A stretch of DNA of 64,000 bases from Alphaproteobacteria bacterium (lineage in GTDB: Bacteria; Pseudomonadota; Alphaproteobacteria; UBA2136; UBA6156), in contig JBAQUT010000036.1 of NCBI GenBank assembly GCA_049297695.1, positions 986-64,985 of the forward strand. The letters run 5' to 3'. The translations under genes and the position numbers were made by a program. Positions 18,488 through 29,103 of this stretch are shown here, piece after piece (position 1 is the first letter of the stretch; each line of letters starts with the position of its first letter). The notes beneath the pieces are model-generated. The model ran no database searches and had not been told where the DNA came from. It saw only the letters and a program-made list of their open reading frames with translations.

Positions 18488-19963
18488 ATGAACAACGTAG
18501 TTGCCCTGAAGCCCGAAGCCACTGCCTTAACCGTGCACGTGCCCCACAGCGTGGCGGCCGAGCAAGCCTTGCTGGGCGCCCTGATGGTGAACAACCGCCT
18601 GTACGATGATCTGCAAGGCACCCTGCTGGCCGAATATTTTTACGTGCCCCTGCACGCCGTGCTGTTTGAAAAAATCGAAAGCCTGATTGGCCGCGGGCGG
18701 GAAGCCAACCCCATTACGCTGCGCGAAATGCTGCGCCACACGCCGTACGACAGCGACAACAGCTTGTTCCCCCACCTTTCCCAAATATTTGAAAATGCGG
18801 GGTTAACGGGGGATATCAAAAGCTTGGCGGAGGTTATTCACACCGCCTACATGCAGCGCCAGCTGATGGGCCTGGGCGATAGCCTGCGCCAGCAAGCGGG
18901 CACCGCCAGCGATGTGGTGAGCGTGAAAGACGTGCTGGATGCCGCCAGCGGTGAGCTGTTCAAGCTGGCCGAAACAGGCCAAGGCGGCAACAGCGTGAAG
19001 GGCCTGCGCGAAAGCCTGCGCGAGGTGATTGCCGCCGCCGAACTGGCCAAGCGGGAAGGGGGCGGCATTACGGGCGTGGCCACCGATTTTAAAGATTTGG
19101 ATAACTTGTTGGGCGGCTTGCAAAAAAGCGACCTGATTATCTTGGGTGCCCGTCCCAGCATGGGGAAAACCAGCTTGATTATCAACATCGCCCAAAACGC
19201 GGCCATCCGCAAAGCGCGGGGGGAAGCAGGCGGGGCCGCCGTGGGGGTGTTCAGTTTGGAAATGAGCGCCGAGCAGATTACGGCCCGGATGCTCTCCAGC
19301 GCCGCCAACGTGAGCAGCCACCAAATCTCCAGCGGGCATTTGAACGATGCCGATTTTGGACGGATTATGGCCGCTGCAGGCCAGCTAGCCGAACTGCCCA
19401 TGTACATTGACGATACGCCCGCCCTGAGCGTGAACGCCATGCGCGCCAAAGCCCGCCGCATGAAGCGCCAGTACGGCGTGGGGCTGATTATTGTGGACTA
19501 CTTGCAGTTGATGACCGCCCCCGGCAAAGGGAACGACAGCAACCGCGTACAAGAGATTGGCGCCATAAGCCAAGGCCTGAAGCAGATTGCCCGCGAGCTG
19601 AACGTGCCTGTGATTGCCGCCAGCCAGCTAAGCCGCAGCGTGGAAGCCCGCGACAACAAACGCCCCCAACTGGCCGACCTGCGCGAAAGCGGGAGCATTG
19701 AGCAAGATGCCGACTTGGTATGGTTTTTGTACCGCGAAGAATATTACTTAAGCCGCCAGTTGGGTGCGGGCGACACGCTGGACGGCGACAAAAAAGTGCT
19801 GGAAATGAAAGACCGGTTGGAAAAAGTGCGCGGCGTGACCGAACTGATTGTGAGCAAAAACCGCAAAGGCCCCACCGACACCGTGAAGCTGCTGTTCCAT
19901 GGTGCCACCACCACCTTCCATTCGTTCAGCGGGCGGAGTGATTATGACAGCCACGGGGAGTAA
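18488..19963 (+). CDS. dnaB: replicative DNA helicase DnaB
   Basis: AEQALLGALMVNN N-terminal domain, GARPSMGKTS Walker A, IIVDYLQLM. Confidence 0.9.
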   Translation: MNNVVALKPEATALTVHVPHSVAAEQALLGALMVNNRLYDDLQGTLLAEYFYVPLHAVLFEKIESLIGRGREANPITLREMLRHTPYDSDNSLFPHLSQIFENAGLTGDIKSLAEVIHTAYMQRQLMGLGDSLRQQAGTASDVVSVKDVLDAASGELFKLAETGQGGNSVKGLRESLREVIAAAELAKREGGGITGVATDFKDLDNLLGGLQKSDLIILGARPSMGKTSLIINIAQNAAIRKARGEAGGAAVGVFSLEMSAEQITARMLSSAANVSSHQISSGHLNDADFGRIMAAAGQLAELPMYIDDTPALSVNAMRAKARRMKRQYGVGLIIVDYLQLMTAPGKGNDSNRVQEIGAISQGLKQIARELNVPVIAASQLSRSVEARDNKRPQLADLRESGSIEQDADLVWFLYREEYYLSRQLGAGDTLDGDKKVLEMKDRLEKVRGVTELIVSKNRKGPTDTVKLLFHGATTTFHSFSGRSDYDSHGE

Positions 19964-19972
19964 AGGTTATCC

Positions 19973-21631
19973 CTATCCCAGCGTAATACTGCCAGGCCCG
20001 CCGCCGCTGGCAAAACGGTAGGTGTTTTTGCCGTTGTTTTTGGCCTCGTACATGGCGGCATCGGCTTTTTTGATAAGGTCGGGGCCGGTGTTGCCATCCA
20101 CCGGGTACATGGCGATGCCCAAACTGCCGCCGATGTTGCCGGGATGGCCGTTCAAGTCAAACGGCGTGTGCAGAAGCTTCAAAACTTTTTGGGCTACCAT
20201 TTCGGCGTCGGTTTTATCCCGCACGCCCAAAATAATCACAAATTCGTCGCCACCCAGCCGTGCTACGGTGTCGGTATCCCTCAGCGCCCCTTTCAGGCGA
20301 AGAGCCACTTGCTTCAGCAGCAAATCGCCGTAGTCGTGGCCCAAGGTATCGTTCACCTTTTTAAATCCATCAAGGTCAATAAATATCAAAGCGATTTTAG
20401 AAAGCTGACGGTAGGCCGTGGCAATGGCCATGTTCAGCCGGTCGTTGAACAGTTGGCGGTTGGGCAGGCCCGTCAGCGTGTCGGAGTAGGCCAGCGTGTT
20501 TTCACGGTCTTGGCCTTGCTTCAGTTGGGCGCGCAGGCGCACCAGTTCGGTGGTGGGGGTAAGGGTGATGATATACCCGCCCACACGGTTCTCGGAATCC
20601 CGCCACGGGCGTATGGCCCATTTCACAATCTCTTCTCGCCCACCAAGGGTAAGCGTTGCTTCGTCATCGCCCACCCGTTGGCCGGTGCGCAACTGCTGCG
20701 AAAGCTGGGGAAGGTGCGGGGGGAAGTTGGGCACAACCTCGGGGTGAAGTTTGCCCACCAGCGAGGTTTGGGGGTTCAGGTGGAAAAACTCCGGCCAGCT
20801 GTGGGCCACGTACAGGTAACGCCAGTTCAGGTCGGTAATGGCAATGGGGCGCAGGCTTTGCTCCACCATGGCGCGCAACATGCCTTCCGCCGTGGCGGCG
20901 GTGCTGCCAAGGCTGGCACTGCCCGTAACTTCGCGGGCCAGCAGGGCCACATCGCCCCCGCCCAAGGGCCATGCCCAGGCGCGGAGGTGAATGGCATCGT
21001 TGGCCAGCCGCATATCTCCGTGCCATGGGCGGGGCTTGGCGTTGGCCAGCAGGTTGGCCACGGGGGTACCTGCAAAACCGGGCCACATATCGGCGGCAGC
21101 GCGGCCTTCCAAACTTTCCAGCGTGGGGCTAAAGCGTTGGGCGGCAGCCATGGCGGCAGCGTTCCATCGGCGGATGCGCCCGTCTTTTCCCAGCACTAGC
21201 CACCATTCGCCCGCGTGCTCAAAGGCGGTATCCAGCGCCAACAGGTGGGCTTGGTGGGTGTCGGTGGCGCCGTCCCGCTCGCGGGTGAGGGTTTCGGTCA
21301 GGGTTTCCAACCCATGAATGCGGTGGATGAACGCGCCAATCTCTTCGTTTGCATAATGGTTGTAAACCAAGCGCGTGGCCAAGGCCCCCGCAAGGGCCAC
21401 AAAGGCCAAGGGCCACACCTTTACCAGCAAGGTGGCCGCGTACAAAGCCCATAAAGGGAGTTGCTGGTACCAAACACGTGGCAGCGGGTGGCTGGCCCAA
21501 AACCAGGTTTGGATGTCGGTGGGGGCAGCGGGGGGAAAGCTCATCCACACCTGTGCCACCACGGCCATGGCCAGCAGGGTGAGAAGGGTGCCGCAAGCTA
21601 TAACAAAAGCAAGGAGAATACGGGTTTGCAT
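19973..21631 (-). CDS. membrane-anchored PAS-domain sensor diguanylate cyclase (GGDEF)
   Basis: RLGGDEFVIIL active-site motif; N-terminal TM segments. Confidence 0.8.
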   Translation of the reverse strand: MQTRILLAFVIACGTLLTLLAMAVVAQVWMSFPPAAPTDIQTWFWASHPLPRVWYQQLPLWALYAATLLVKVWPLAFVALAGALATRLVYNHYANEEIGAFIHRIHGLETLTETLTRERDGATDTHQAHLLALDTAFEHAGEWWLVLGKDGRIRRWNAAAMAAAQRFSPTLESLEGRAAADMWPGFAGTPVANLLANAKPRPWHGDMRLANDAIHLRAWAWPLGGGDVALLAREVTGSASLGSTAATAEGMLRAMVEQSLRPIAITDLNWRYLYVAHSWPEFFHLNPQTSLVGKLHPEVVPNFPPHLPQLSQQLRTGQRVGDDEATLTLGGREEIVKWAIRPWRDSENRVGGYIITLTPTTELVRLRAQLKQGQDRENTLAYSDTLTGLPNRQLFNDRLNMAIATAYRQLSKIALIFIDLDGFKKVNDTLGHDYGDLLLKQVALRLKGALRDTDTVARLGGDEFVIILGVRDKTDAEMVAQKVLKLLHTPFDLNGHPGNIGGSLGIAMYPVDGNTGPDLIKKADAAMYEAKNNGKNTYRFASGGGPGSITLG

Positions 21632-21693
21632 AGGGTTGCCTTACACGGTTGTTTGGCTGCATAGTAACCTCAAACCGAACGAAAGACGCGCAG

Positions 21694-23715
21694 ATGGGCT
21701 TGTACAAGGTGTTTATGCTGGTGGTGCTGTTGCTGGCGGGCCGCGTTGTTGCCCAAGAGAGCTTGGGCCAAACCGAGTGGGCCACCACCGACACCGTGCA
21801 CAGCCAGCTTACCGCCCAGCATAAAGTGGTGCAAGCTGGAACCAGCACCCGCGTGGCGTGGGAAATTAAGCTGGACGACCACTGGCACGTGTACTGGAGC
21901 AACCCCGGCGACAGCGGCATACCCCCTATGATGACGGTGAACGGAACCAAGGTGGCCATCAACGCGTGGCCAACGCCCAAGGTAATTAACATCCCCCCCA
22001 TTACCAACTACGGGTACGAGGAGAAAGTTGTGCTTTTGGCCGATGTGGCCATACCTGCCAATACCCCCCAAGGTAACATGAATCTGCCCGTGAAGCTGGA
22101 GTATCTGTACTGCAAAGACGTGTGCATGCCAGGGCGTGTGGAAACAAACCTGCCCTTGGACGTTGGCACAACACCCGTACTCAACCCTGATTATGAGCCG
22201 TTGGAAGCGTGGAGCACGGCCCATACCCCCCAACAGCTGGAAGGTGTGACGGTATGGCGGGAAGGAGCGGATACCCTGCTGGCCGCCAGCAACCTGCCTG
22301 CGGGGGCGTTGCGGTTTATCCCCGCTGTGGAAGGCTGGATGGACGATGGTGCTGCGCAAGAGCAAACCGTGGTGAACGGTAAACCTGTATTGCGCCTGAA
22401 GCCCGATGCCTACGCCAGCGGTCAACCGCCAGCCGAGGTGGAAGGTTTGGTACTGGTAGACGATGGTACGGGCTATGCGCTGAAAGCGTCCGTGACGGTG
22501 GCGCCTGCCACGGCAGCGGGAGGGGAAGGGGTTACGGTTACCTTATCGGCCTTGCCCGTGGCCATGGCGCTGGCTTTTTTGGCGGGGTTGATGCTGAACC
22601 TGATGCCGTGCGTGTTGCCCGTGATTGCTTTGAAGATATTTGGCCTTGTGCGTACCCAAAGTTACATGGAGCGCCTAACCCACACCGTGGCCTACACGGG
22701 TGGTGTGCTGGCCACGCTGATGGGTATGGCCAGCGTGGTGGCCGTGCTGCAAAACGGTGGTACGCAGCTGGGGTGGGGCTTTCAGTTGCAAAGCCCGTTG
22801 TTTGTAGCCGCGTTGGTAGCCTTGTTGGTGGCGTTGGCCCTTAACTTTTGGGGCGTGTTCACGCTGGGCGAAAGCCTAAGCCGCCTGGGCACCACCAAAA
22901 CCCACGAAAGTTACGGCGAAGCTTTTTTAACCGGCATGTTGGCCGTGATTGTAGCTACACCTTGCACCGTGCCCTTTATGGGCGGAGCCATGGCCTATGC
23001 TTTGGGGCAACCGATATCCGGTAGCTTGCCCGTGTTTGCCTCCATGGGGGTGGGGATGGCAGCGCCGTTGCTGGCGGTGGCGGTGTTCCCCCCCTTGGGC
23101 CGCTTGTTGCCCAAACCGGGCGCGTGGATGGCTACGTTTAAAAGCCTGTTAGGCTGGCCCATGCTGGCCACGGCCTTGTGGCTGGCGTGGGTGTTTGGCA
23201 ACCAAACCAGCACGGCCATGTTGGCGGTGCTGTTGGCGGTGGTGATGCTGCTGGCCCTGGGCCTATGGCTGGTGGGCAACCGGTTTGCCCGCCTAGGCTG
23301 GTTGGTGGTGGCAGCCAGCGTGCTGGTGGGGGGATGGGTGTTGCAGCCTACCCCCGATGCCACACACGCATGGAAAGTGTGGAGCAAAGCCGATGAAACT
23401 GCCGCCCGCGCGTTAGGCCCCGTGTTGGTGGATTTTACGGCGGATTGGTGCATCACCTGCAAAGTAACCGAAGCCACGGTGCTGAACCGCCCTGCCACTC
23501 AAGCGTTGTTTGCCAAACACAACGTAACCCTGTTGCAAGCCGATTGGACGCGCTACGACGCCGCCATTACGGCCGAGCTGGCCTCCCATGGCCGTCGTGG
23601 GGTGCCGTTATATCTGCTGTACCGCCAAGGCGAGGAGCAACCGTTGGTGTTACCCCAACTGTTGACGTACGGGATGCTGGAGGAAGCGCTGGCGCGAGCA
23701 CCCACCCCGCGCTAA
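21694..23715 (+). CDS. dsbD: thiol:disulfide interchange protein DsbD
   Basis: CVLPVIALK central TM cysteine motif; C-terminal thioredoxin DWCITCK. Confidence 0.85.
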   Translation: MGLYKVFMLVVLLLAGRVVAQESLGQTEWATTDTVHSQLTAQHKVVQAGTSTRVAWEIKLDDHWHVYWSNPGDSGIPPMMTVNGTKVAINAWPTPKVINIPPITNYGYEEKVVLLADVAIPANTPQGNMNLPVKLEYLYCKDVCMPGRVETNLPLDVGTTPVLNPDYEPLEAWSTAHTPQQLEGVTVWREGADTLLAASNLPAGALRFIPAVEGWMDDGAAQEQTVVNGKPVLRLKPDAYASGQPPAEVEGLVLVDDGTGYALKASVTVAPATAAGGEGVTVTLSALPVAMALAFLAGLMLNLMPCVLPVIALKIFGLVRTQSYMERLTHTVAYTGGVLATLMGMASVVAVLQNGGTQLGWGFQLQSPLFVAALVALLVALALNFWGVFTLGESLSRLGTTKTHESYGEAFLTGMLAVIVATPCTVPFMGGAMAYALGQPISGSLPVFASMGVGMAAPLLAVAVFPPLGRLLPKPGAWMATFKSLLGWPMLATALWLAWVFGNQTSTAMLAVLLAVVMLLALGLWLVGNRFARLGWLVVAASVLVGGWVLQPTPDATHAWKVWSKADETAARALGPVLVDFTADWCITCKVTEATVLNRPATQALFAKHNVTLLQADWTRYDAAITAELASHGRRGVPLYLLYRQGEEQPLVLPQLLTYGMLEEALARAPTPR

Positions 23716-24103
23716 CCCCGTGGGCGGCGGCCCAGCCGCCATGCACTTCCACCACGCCGGTCACGTCGGGGGGCGAGGCGATGATGGTTTCGTCAAACGG
23801 TGTGGCGTTGGCATGGATACCCGCCACCACGTTTCCGCGCATAAACAGCATATCCAGCGGCAAGGGCGTGTTGCGCATCCACATATATAAAGTCTGGGGC
23901 TCGGTCAGTTCGGGGTACTCAAACACCATGGCGCAATTGGGGCACAGGTTGGTGCGTCCCATCAGGCCCTGTTGGCGTGCGGCTTCGGTGGCCACTACCT
24001 CGGCCTCCAGCACGGTGCTAAAGGTTCCTTGGGGGTTGGTAAGGGTGTAAGGCGCGGCATGGGCCAAGGTTGGCAGCAAGGCCAGGGCCAACATGTATTT
24101 CAT
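23567..24103 (-). CDS. DUF192 domain protein (secreted)
   Basis: Signal peptide; GLMGR...LPLDMLF DUF192 motifs; ATGA start/stop overlap with the upstream AsmA-like gene. Confidence 0.55.
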   Translation of the reverse strand: MKYMLALALLPTLAHAAPYTLTNPQGTFSTVLEAEVVATEAARQQGLMGRTNLCPNCAMVFEYPELTEPQTLYMWMRNTPLPLDMLFMRGNVVAGIHANATPFDETIIASPPDVTGVVEVHGGWAAAHGVSAGWVLAPALPPASRTSTVGVTPTVAPRLGGTADITAPHDGHGRPARP

Positions 24104-27100
24104 CGTGGAGAGCTCTCCACACGGGGTTTGGGCTTGGGCGCATCGCCGCCGCGGAATATATCTTTCAGCAATCCAGGAGTAAGTACCGAAAGCGGGCGCA
24201 CGTCGATTTTAGGGTCGGAGGCGTTGCCCTTCATTTTAAAATCGGCCACCACCAAGCCGTCTTGGCTGCCCGTCAGCAAGGTGCCCAGCAGGGGGATTTT
24301 GCTCACAATCCGGTTCATGGGGATGGCAGGGGTTAGGCTGCCATACATATCCATGCTTTCCACGTTGCGGTAATACACGCCGTCCAACCGCAGGCTGAGG
24401 GCGGGGCCATCCATAATCATTTTATCCAAATACACCGCTGGGCCTTCCAGCCGTACGGGGATGATGGCTTTATCAAACAGCAAGGTATCGGTGCCCGAGA
24501 ACAATTGCTGGAGCGACAGCAAGCCCAATAGCTTGGCCAGCAAGGGCGGGTTGTCCAACTCAAACTTCCGCAAGGTTAAAACGCCACCCGCCACGGTGGG
24601 GGTATCGTAGGTAAGCTCGCCTTCCAAAATGCCGTTTTTTAGCAGGCTGTAAACATCGGTAATGGCCAGAAGCGTGCCCAGGTTGGCAATGTTAAATCGC
24701 AGCTTGCGGCGGCCCGTTTGGCCGGGCAGGGGGATTTCTTCCACTCGCACGGTGCTGCCCTCGGCCAGCGCAGTAATATCGCCTAGCTCCCACACGTTGC
24801 TGCGGCGTTGCACGTTGGCTTTCACTTGGGTGAGAAGGCCTTTGGGCAAATACATGGTGCCCACGTTCAGGCGGGCGGCCATGTCGGGTTGGGGGGTGCC
24901 GTCGGGCTTGGGCGTTTCCAGCGCGGTAAAGTCAAAGGCATTGCCCGCCAGTTCCAGCGTGCGACCATCCCAGGTGAGTTTGCCATCGGTGCGGCCCAGC
25001 TTGAAGGTATCCAGAGCTACGCGGGTATCGGCAAAGTTGTTGGGGATATATGTTAAATTACCGTTCACATTCACACCCGTGCCATTCAGCCTCAACGTGC
25101 CAAACGAGGCTTTCGTAAGCTCTCCTTTGGTGGTGTTCACGCTCCCCTTGGCCGCAAGGGTAAGGGCTTGGCCTGTGGGTTTGGTCCAGTTGAGCATGGG
25201 CACGTTGATGCCCGCCTCCCGCCCGTTGGCGGTGAGGTCTATCTCCATCGTGTCGCCCCGTTCGGTGAGCGTGGCATCGGCGGCAAGGGTGCCTGTAAGG
25301 GTGATATCCGACCCCTTCATGAAGTTGGTCGTAAGCCAGTTTGCAGGCACGCGGCCCACGGCTTTTAAACTCATGGCCTTGGTGCCGGCGGGGCGCCAGG
25401 CATCTTGCCAGCTCAGTTTCATGGGTTCGCCGTTCAGGGTGCCGTCGCCTTGGAAGGCCATGGTGTTGCCTTCCAGCGCAAAGGTGGCTTTGGAAGCAAA
25501 AAAGCTGGTGTTGGTTAGGTTGTCAAAGCGGGAGAGGGTGGCGTTGGCAAGCTGGGTTTTGGCGGTAATGGTGGCATCATCCAGCGTGGTGGGTTTGCCG
25601 CGTTTCAGCGGCAACACAACCCGCAAGGTGGTTGCGTGGCTGCCATCGGCGGTCAGGGGGATGGGTTTTTCAATTTTACCCACTTCGCGCACCATGTCGT
25701 CCAGCGGGCCTGCAAGATTGGCCCGCACATCAATCACGGTATCCACGCTGGGAGAAAACAATTCGGTAATGGCCACCGCCACATCCGTGGCGTTTTGGGC
25801 CGAAGATGTGGCCGTGGGAGCCTTGATAGAAAGGGTCTCTCCCGCCAGCACAAACGTGCCACCATCTGTAAGGGTTGCGGCGGGGAGGTTATCCAAATAC
25901 TTCACACGCCCACCCGGCACAATGCCCGCAGTTACGGTAACGCCGCAAGCATCGCCACAGGCGGGGAAATCGCTGGGGCTACCGTTATAATGCACCACAA
26001 GATTGGTGAACTTACCTTCTAAAATGTTGGGCTTCATCCACGCCAAGGTTTTGGCGAAGGCTTTGTCTTTGTCGGGCGCCAGTTCGTACAGGTCTTTCAC
26101 GTTGCCGCCCACGCTTTGAAAGGTTAGGTCCATGAGCAATCTGCTGGAAACGTTCGGCATCGCCTCGGTCGGGCTGGTGGTTATCAGCGCGTTGGCGGGG
26201 GAGGCGGATGGCTCCACCTCGCTTTCCGGTGGCACGGGCGCCAGTGTGGCAAGCCCTTTGATAACCCCGCGTCCTTTCAGCACAACCTTGTTCCGCGTGG
26301 TTGCTTCCAAGTTGGAAATGGTCATGACATCGGTGGGGGTAGGCTGGTAGGTGGCGGTTACGTTAAACTGGGGGAACATCAGCGGCGCGCTATATCCTTT
26401 GGGCAGCTTCATGGCCACATCGGTCAGGTTCAGGGTAACCCACGGTTGGCCCAGCTTGTTGCCTTCGGTCAGCAGCACGCCCAGCTCCACCCGCCCTTTG
26501 GCTTTGAACATGCTTTGGATTTGCGGGGGAAAGTAATCGGCCACCATACCCACGTCGCTTTTGTCAAAACGGGCGCGCAAGGTGGCGTTTTCGGCCCCTT
26601 GGGCGTGGTCAAACACGGCCATAACGGGCATGGTGGGCAAGGCTTTGCCGCCATACAGGCGGCGCAAGGTAGCGGTCAGGCTGGAACGCTCGCCGTCGTC
26701 GGTGCGTTGAAAGCCCATGCTGCCTTCTTCCATGGCCCATTCGGCCTGTTGCACGTCGTCGCGCAACAGCAAGGTTACATCCGTGGCCTCGGCTTTTTCC
26801 AAGGCGCCCCAACGGAGGGTAATATCCAACCCGTTCAACCATTCTACAAAGCCGCCCAGGTTAGGGCCTTCGGCGTTGGATTGGTTATCGGTAAGGTTCA
26901 ATCCTGCCAGTTGGATGCCGTCCGGCGTGCGGATAAGCCGGAACGTCACCCCGTCTGCCAACAAGTGCTTGGGGGCGGGGATGCCCGCAAACAGGCGGCG
27001 GCGGGCAAGGTCCAGCGCAATACGGTTCACCACAATCGCCAAGGTGCCGTCGGCGCCGTACACCCGCAGGTCTTCCGCCCGCAGCACAATGGTGCCGTTG

Positions 27101-27333
27101 TCGTAGTAGGTATCCATGTGCCCCGTGGTAACGTGCAGGCCCATACCCGCCAAATATCCCTGGGCCTTGGGGATGAGCGGCGTAAGGTTCAGCGGGTTAT
27201 CCTTAGGGTAATAGGTGGAAAAGGTGATAATCGCCGCCGCCAAAGCCGCCAGCACAAAAAACGCCACCACCAGCAGCACACCGCCAATCCAACCGAAGGT
27301 TTTGGTGGTGGGATGGGCCCAAAAGCGATTCAT
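24100..27333 (-). CDS. AsmA-family / YhdP-like large envelope protein
   Basis: ~1080 aa, N-terminal TM anchor (MNRFWAHPTTKTFGWIGGVLLVVAFFVLAALAAAII), beta-rich repetitive body. Confidence 0.7.
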   Translation of the reverse strand: MNRFWAHPTTKTFGWIGGVLLVVAFFVLAALAAAIITFSTYYPKDNPLNLTPLIPKAQGYLAGMGLHVTTGHMDTYYDNGTIVLRAEDLRVYGADGTLAIVVNRIALDLARRRLFAGIPAPKHLLADGVTFRLIRTPDGIQLAGLNLTDNQSNAEGPNLGGFVEWLNGLDITLRWGALEKAEATDVTLLLRDDVQQAEWAMEEGSMGFQRTDDGERSSLTATLRRLYGGKALPTMPVMAVFDHAQGAENATLRARFDKSDVGMVADYFPPQIQSMFKAKGRVELGVLLTEGNKLGQPWVTLNLTDVAMKLPKGYSAPLMFPQFNVTATYQPTPTDVMTISNLEATTRNKVVLKGRGVIKGLATLAPVPPESEVEPSASPANALITTSPTEAMPNVSSRLLMDLTFQSVGGNVKDLYELAPDKDKAFAKTLAWMKPNILEGKFTNLVVHYNGSPSDFPACGDACGVTVTAGIVPGGRVKYLDNLPAATLTDGGTFVLAGETLSIKAPTATSSAQNATDVAVAITELFSPSVDTVIDVRANLAGPLDDMVREVGKIEKPIPLTADGSHATTLRVVLPLKRGKPTTLDDATITAKTQLANATLSRFDNLTNTSFFASKATFALEGNTMAFQGDGTLNGEPMKLSWQDAWRPAGTKAMSLKAVGRVPANWLTTNFMKGSDITLTGTLAADATLTERGDTMEIDLTANGREAGINVPMLNWTKPTGQALTLAAKGSVNTTKGELTKASFGTLRLNGTGVNVNGNLTYIPNNFADTRVALDTFKLGRTDGKLTWDGRTLELAGNAFDFTALETPKPDGTPQPDMAARLNVGTMYLPKGLLTQVKANVQRRSNVWELGDITALAEGSTVRVEEIPLPGQTGRRKLRFNIANLGTLLAITDVYSLLKNGILEGELTYDTPTVAGGVLTLRKFELDNPPLLAKLLGLLSLQQLFSGTDTLLFDKAIIPVRLEGPAVYLDKMIMDGPALSLRLDGVYYRNVESMDMYGSLTPAIPMNRIVSKIPLLGTLLTGSQDGLVVADFKMKGNASDPKIDVRPLSVLTPGLLKDIFRGGDAPKPKPRVESSPR

Positions 27334-27451
27334 ACCTTTCCTTATAGAAGCAGCGGGGCGTGGGGCCAAGTAAAATAACCCTTAAAACCCACCTCCCTGC
27401 GGCGGGGGGGATACGGTTGTGGAGTGAAAGAAAGTTGGTTAGGGTGCGCGC

Positions 27452-28318
27452 ATGAAACAACAACGCCCCACAACCGCCGCTGCCGTATCGTTTAAAAAAC
27501 TGGCCTTTCAAGGCGAACCTGGCGCCTACGCCCACGTGGCGGCCAGCCGCGTGGCCCCTAAGGCCCAGTTGATGAACTACCCAACCTTTGCCGCAGCGTT
27601 TGCGGCGGCGGAAGAGGGCGAGGTGGATGCCGCGGTCATCCCCATCGATAACTCCAGCATGGGTCGCATTGCGGATATTCATGCCCTATTGCCCGCCAGC
27701 AAATTGCATATTGTGGCGGAGCTGCATGTGCCGATTCACCACCACCTGTTGGCCGTGAAGGGCGCAACCCTGAAGACGGTGCGCGAGGTATATTCCCAAC
27801 TGCCAGCGTTGGTGCAGTGTGATGCCACCCTGAAGCGTATGGGTTACAAGCAGGTGCCTGCGTACGATACGGCGGGCTCCGCCAAAATGGTGGCAGAATG
27901 GGCCGACCCTGCCAAAGCCGCTCTGGCCAGCAGCAAAGCGGGCGAGATTTACGGCCTTCAAACCCTCAAATCCCCCATGAACGACCACCCCCACAACACC
28001 ACGCGGTTTGTGGTGTTGGCCCGCAAGGCCGTGGTGCCCAAACCCACGGTAGCCTGCAAAACCAGCATTCTGTTCCGCACGCGCAGCATCCCCGCCGCCC
28101 TGTACAAAGCTTTAGGCGGATTTGCCACCAACGGCATCAACCTTACCAAGATTGAGAGCTACCTGCTGGAAGGCAAGTTCCATCACGCCCAGTTTTACAT
28201 TGAGGCGGAAGGTCACACGGCCAGCCCCGCCATGAAGCAGGCGTTGGAAGAGCTTAACTTTTATGCATCGTGGGTGCGGATTGTGGGGTGCTATGCATCC
28301 CAACCTGATGCCGCGTAA
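27452..28318 (+). CDS. pheA: prephenate dehydratase
   Basis: PDT domain and C-terminal ACT domain; TTRFVVLAR motif. Confidence 0.85.
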   Translation: MKQQRPTTAAAVSFKKLAFQGEPGAYAHVAASRVAPKAQLMNYPTFAAAFAAAEEGEVDAAVIPIDNSSMGRIADIHALLPASKLHIVAELHVPIHHHLLAVKGATLKTVREVYSQLPALVQCDATLKRMGYKQVPAYDTAGSAKMVAEWADPAKAALASSKAGEIYGLQTLKSPMNDHPHNTTRFVVLARKAVVPKPTVACKTSILFRTRSIPAALYKALGGFATNGINLTKIESYLLEGKFHHAQFYIEAEGHTASPAMKQALEELNFYASWVRIVGCYASQPDAA

Positions 28319-28424
28319 ATGTTTTATGAAAATGTTGCACAAACACCCTTGCAATGTGGTTTATGGGCCCCATAACGGCTTCATGAGTTGACGGGAGGTA
28401 TCCCTTCACGTAACACTGTAAGGC

Positions 28425-28655
28425 ATGAAACAGAAAGCACGACCCATGTACGACAAACTCTTTGCCAGCATCAACCTGCCCGTGAAGCCTGCCATGGCCG
28501 TAACTGGCGCTACCATTGCCGTGATTGACGAACCCGCCGACGAAGAAACGGCCGAAAGCTTTTTTGGTGGTTACGCCGAAAACAGCCTGCTGGACGATAT
28601 GGGTGTGGAAATTGCCAGCGCCGATGTGGTGCAAACGGTTGCCCGCAAGCAGTAA
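28425..28655 (+). CDS. small acidic hypothetical protein
   Basis: 76-aa ORF followed by a strong terminator. Confidence 0.3.
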   Translation: MKQKARPMYDKLFASINLPVKPAMAVTGATIAVIDEPADEETAESFFGGYAENSLLDDMGVEIASADVVQTVARKQ

Positions 28656-28669
28656 GTAACATTTGATGC

Positions 28670-28695
28670 AAAAACCCGCCGCGTGCGGGTTTTTG
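28670..28695 (+). terminator. Rho-independent terminator
   Basis: AAAAACCCGC CGCGT GCGGGTTTTT. Confidence 0.65.
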
Positions 28696-28732
28696 CTTGC
28701 CTTGGGGGTGGCTTTGCCCTTAGCATCGGGCC

Positions 28733-29062
28733 ATGTTGCTAACCACCACCCCTTACGTTGAAGGCTACCGCATCCGCAAATACGGCCCCCTTGTGGCCAC
28801 CGAGGCGGTGATGGGTACCAATATTTTTCGCGATTTTTTTGCCAAAGTGCGCGACGTGGTGGGGGGGCGCAGTGGCACCTTCCAAAGCAGTTTGGCCGAT
28901 GCCCGCGAGCTGATTTTGCGCGAACTGCAAGAGCAAGCCGAAGCTGCCGGCTGCAACGCCGTGATTGGCATCGATATTGATTATGGCGAAATATCCGGCA
29001 GCGGCAAAACCATGTTGATGGTGGCGGCGCAGGGCACGGCCGTGTTTATCGAGCCCGCATAA
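28733..29062 (+). CDS. ybjQ: YbjQ/UPF0145 family protein
   Basis: Full-length similarity to the ~105-aa YbjQ family (TTTPYVEGYRI...GCNAVIGIDIDY). Confidence 0.7.
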   Translation: MLLTTTPYVEGYRIRKYGPLVATEAVMGTNIFRDFFAKVRDVVGGRSGTFQSSLADARELILRELQEQAEAAGCNAVIGIDIDYGEISGSGKTMLMVAAQGTAVFIEPA

Positions 29063-29103
29063 ACCTTTTGCGCCCCACATAAAAAGAGGGTACAACACCC
29101 CCC

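Noticed and set aside
24662-25990. 442-aa ORF antisense to the AsmA-like gene
   Set aside because: Ser/Val/Pro/Arg-rich with no motifs. The sense frame encodes a contiguous 1080-aa protein with an N-terminal TM anchor.
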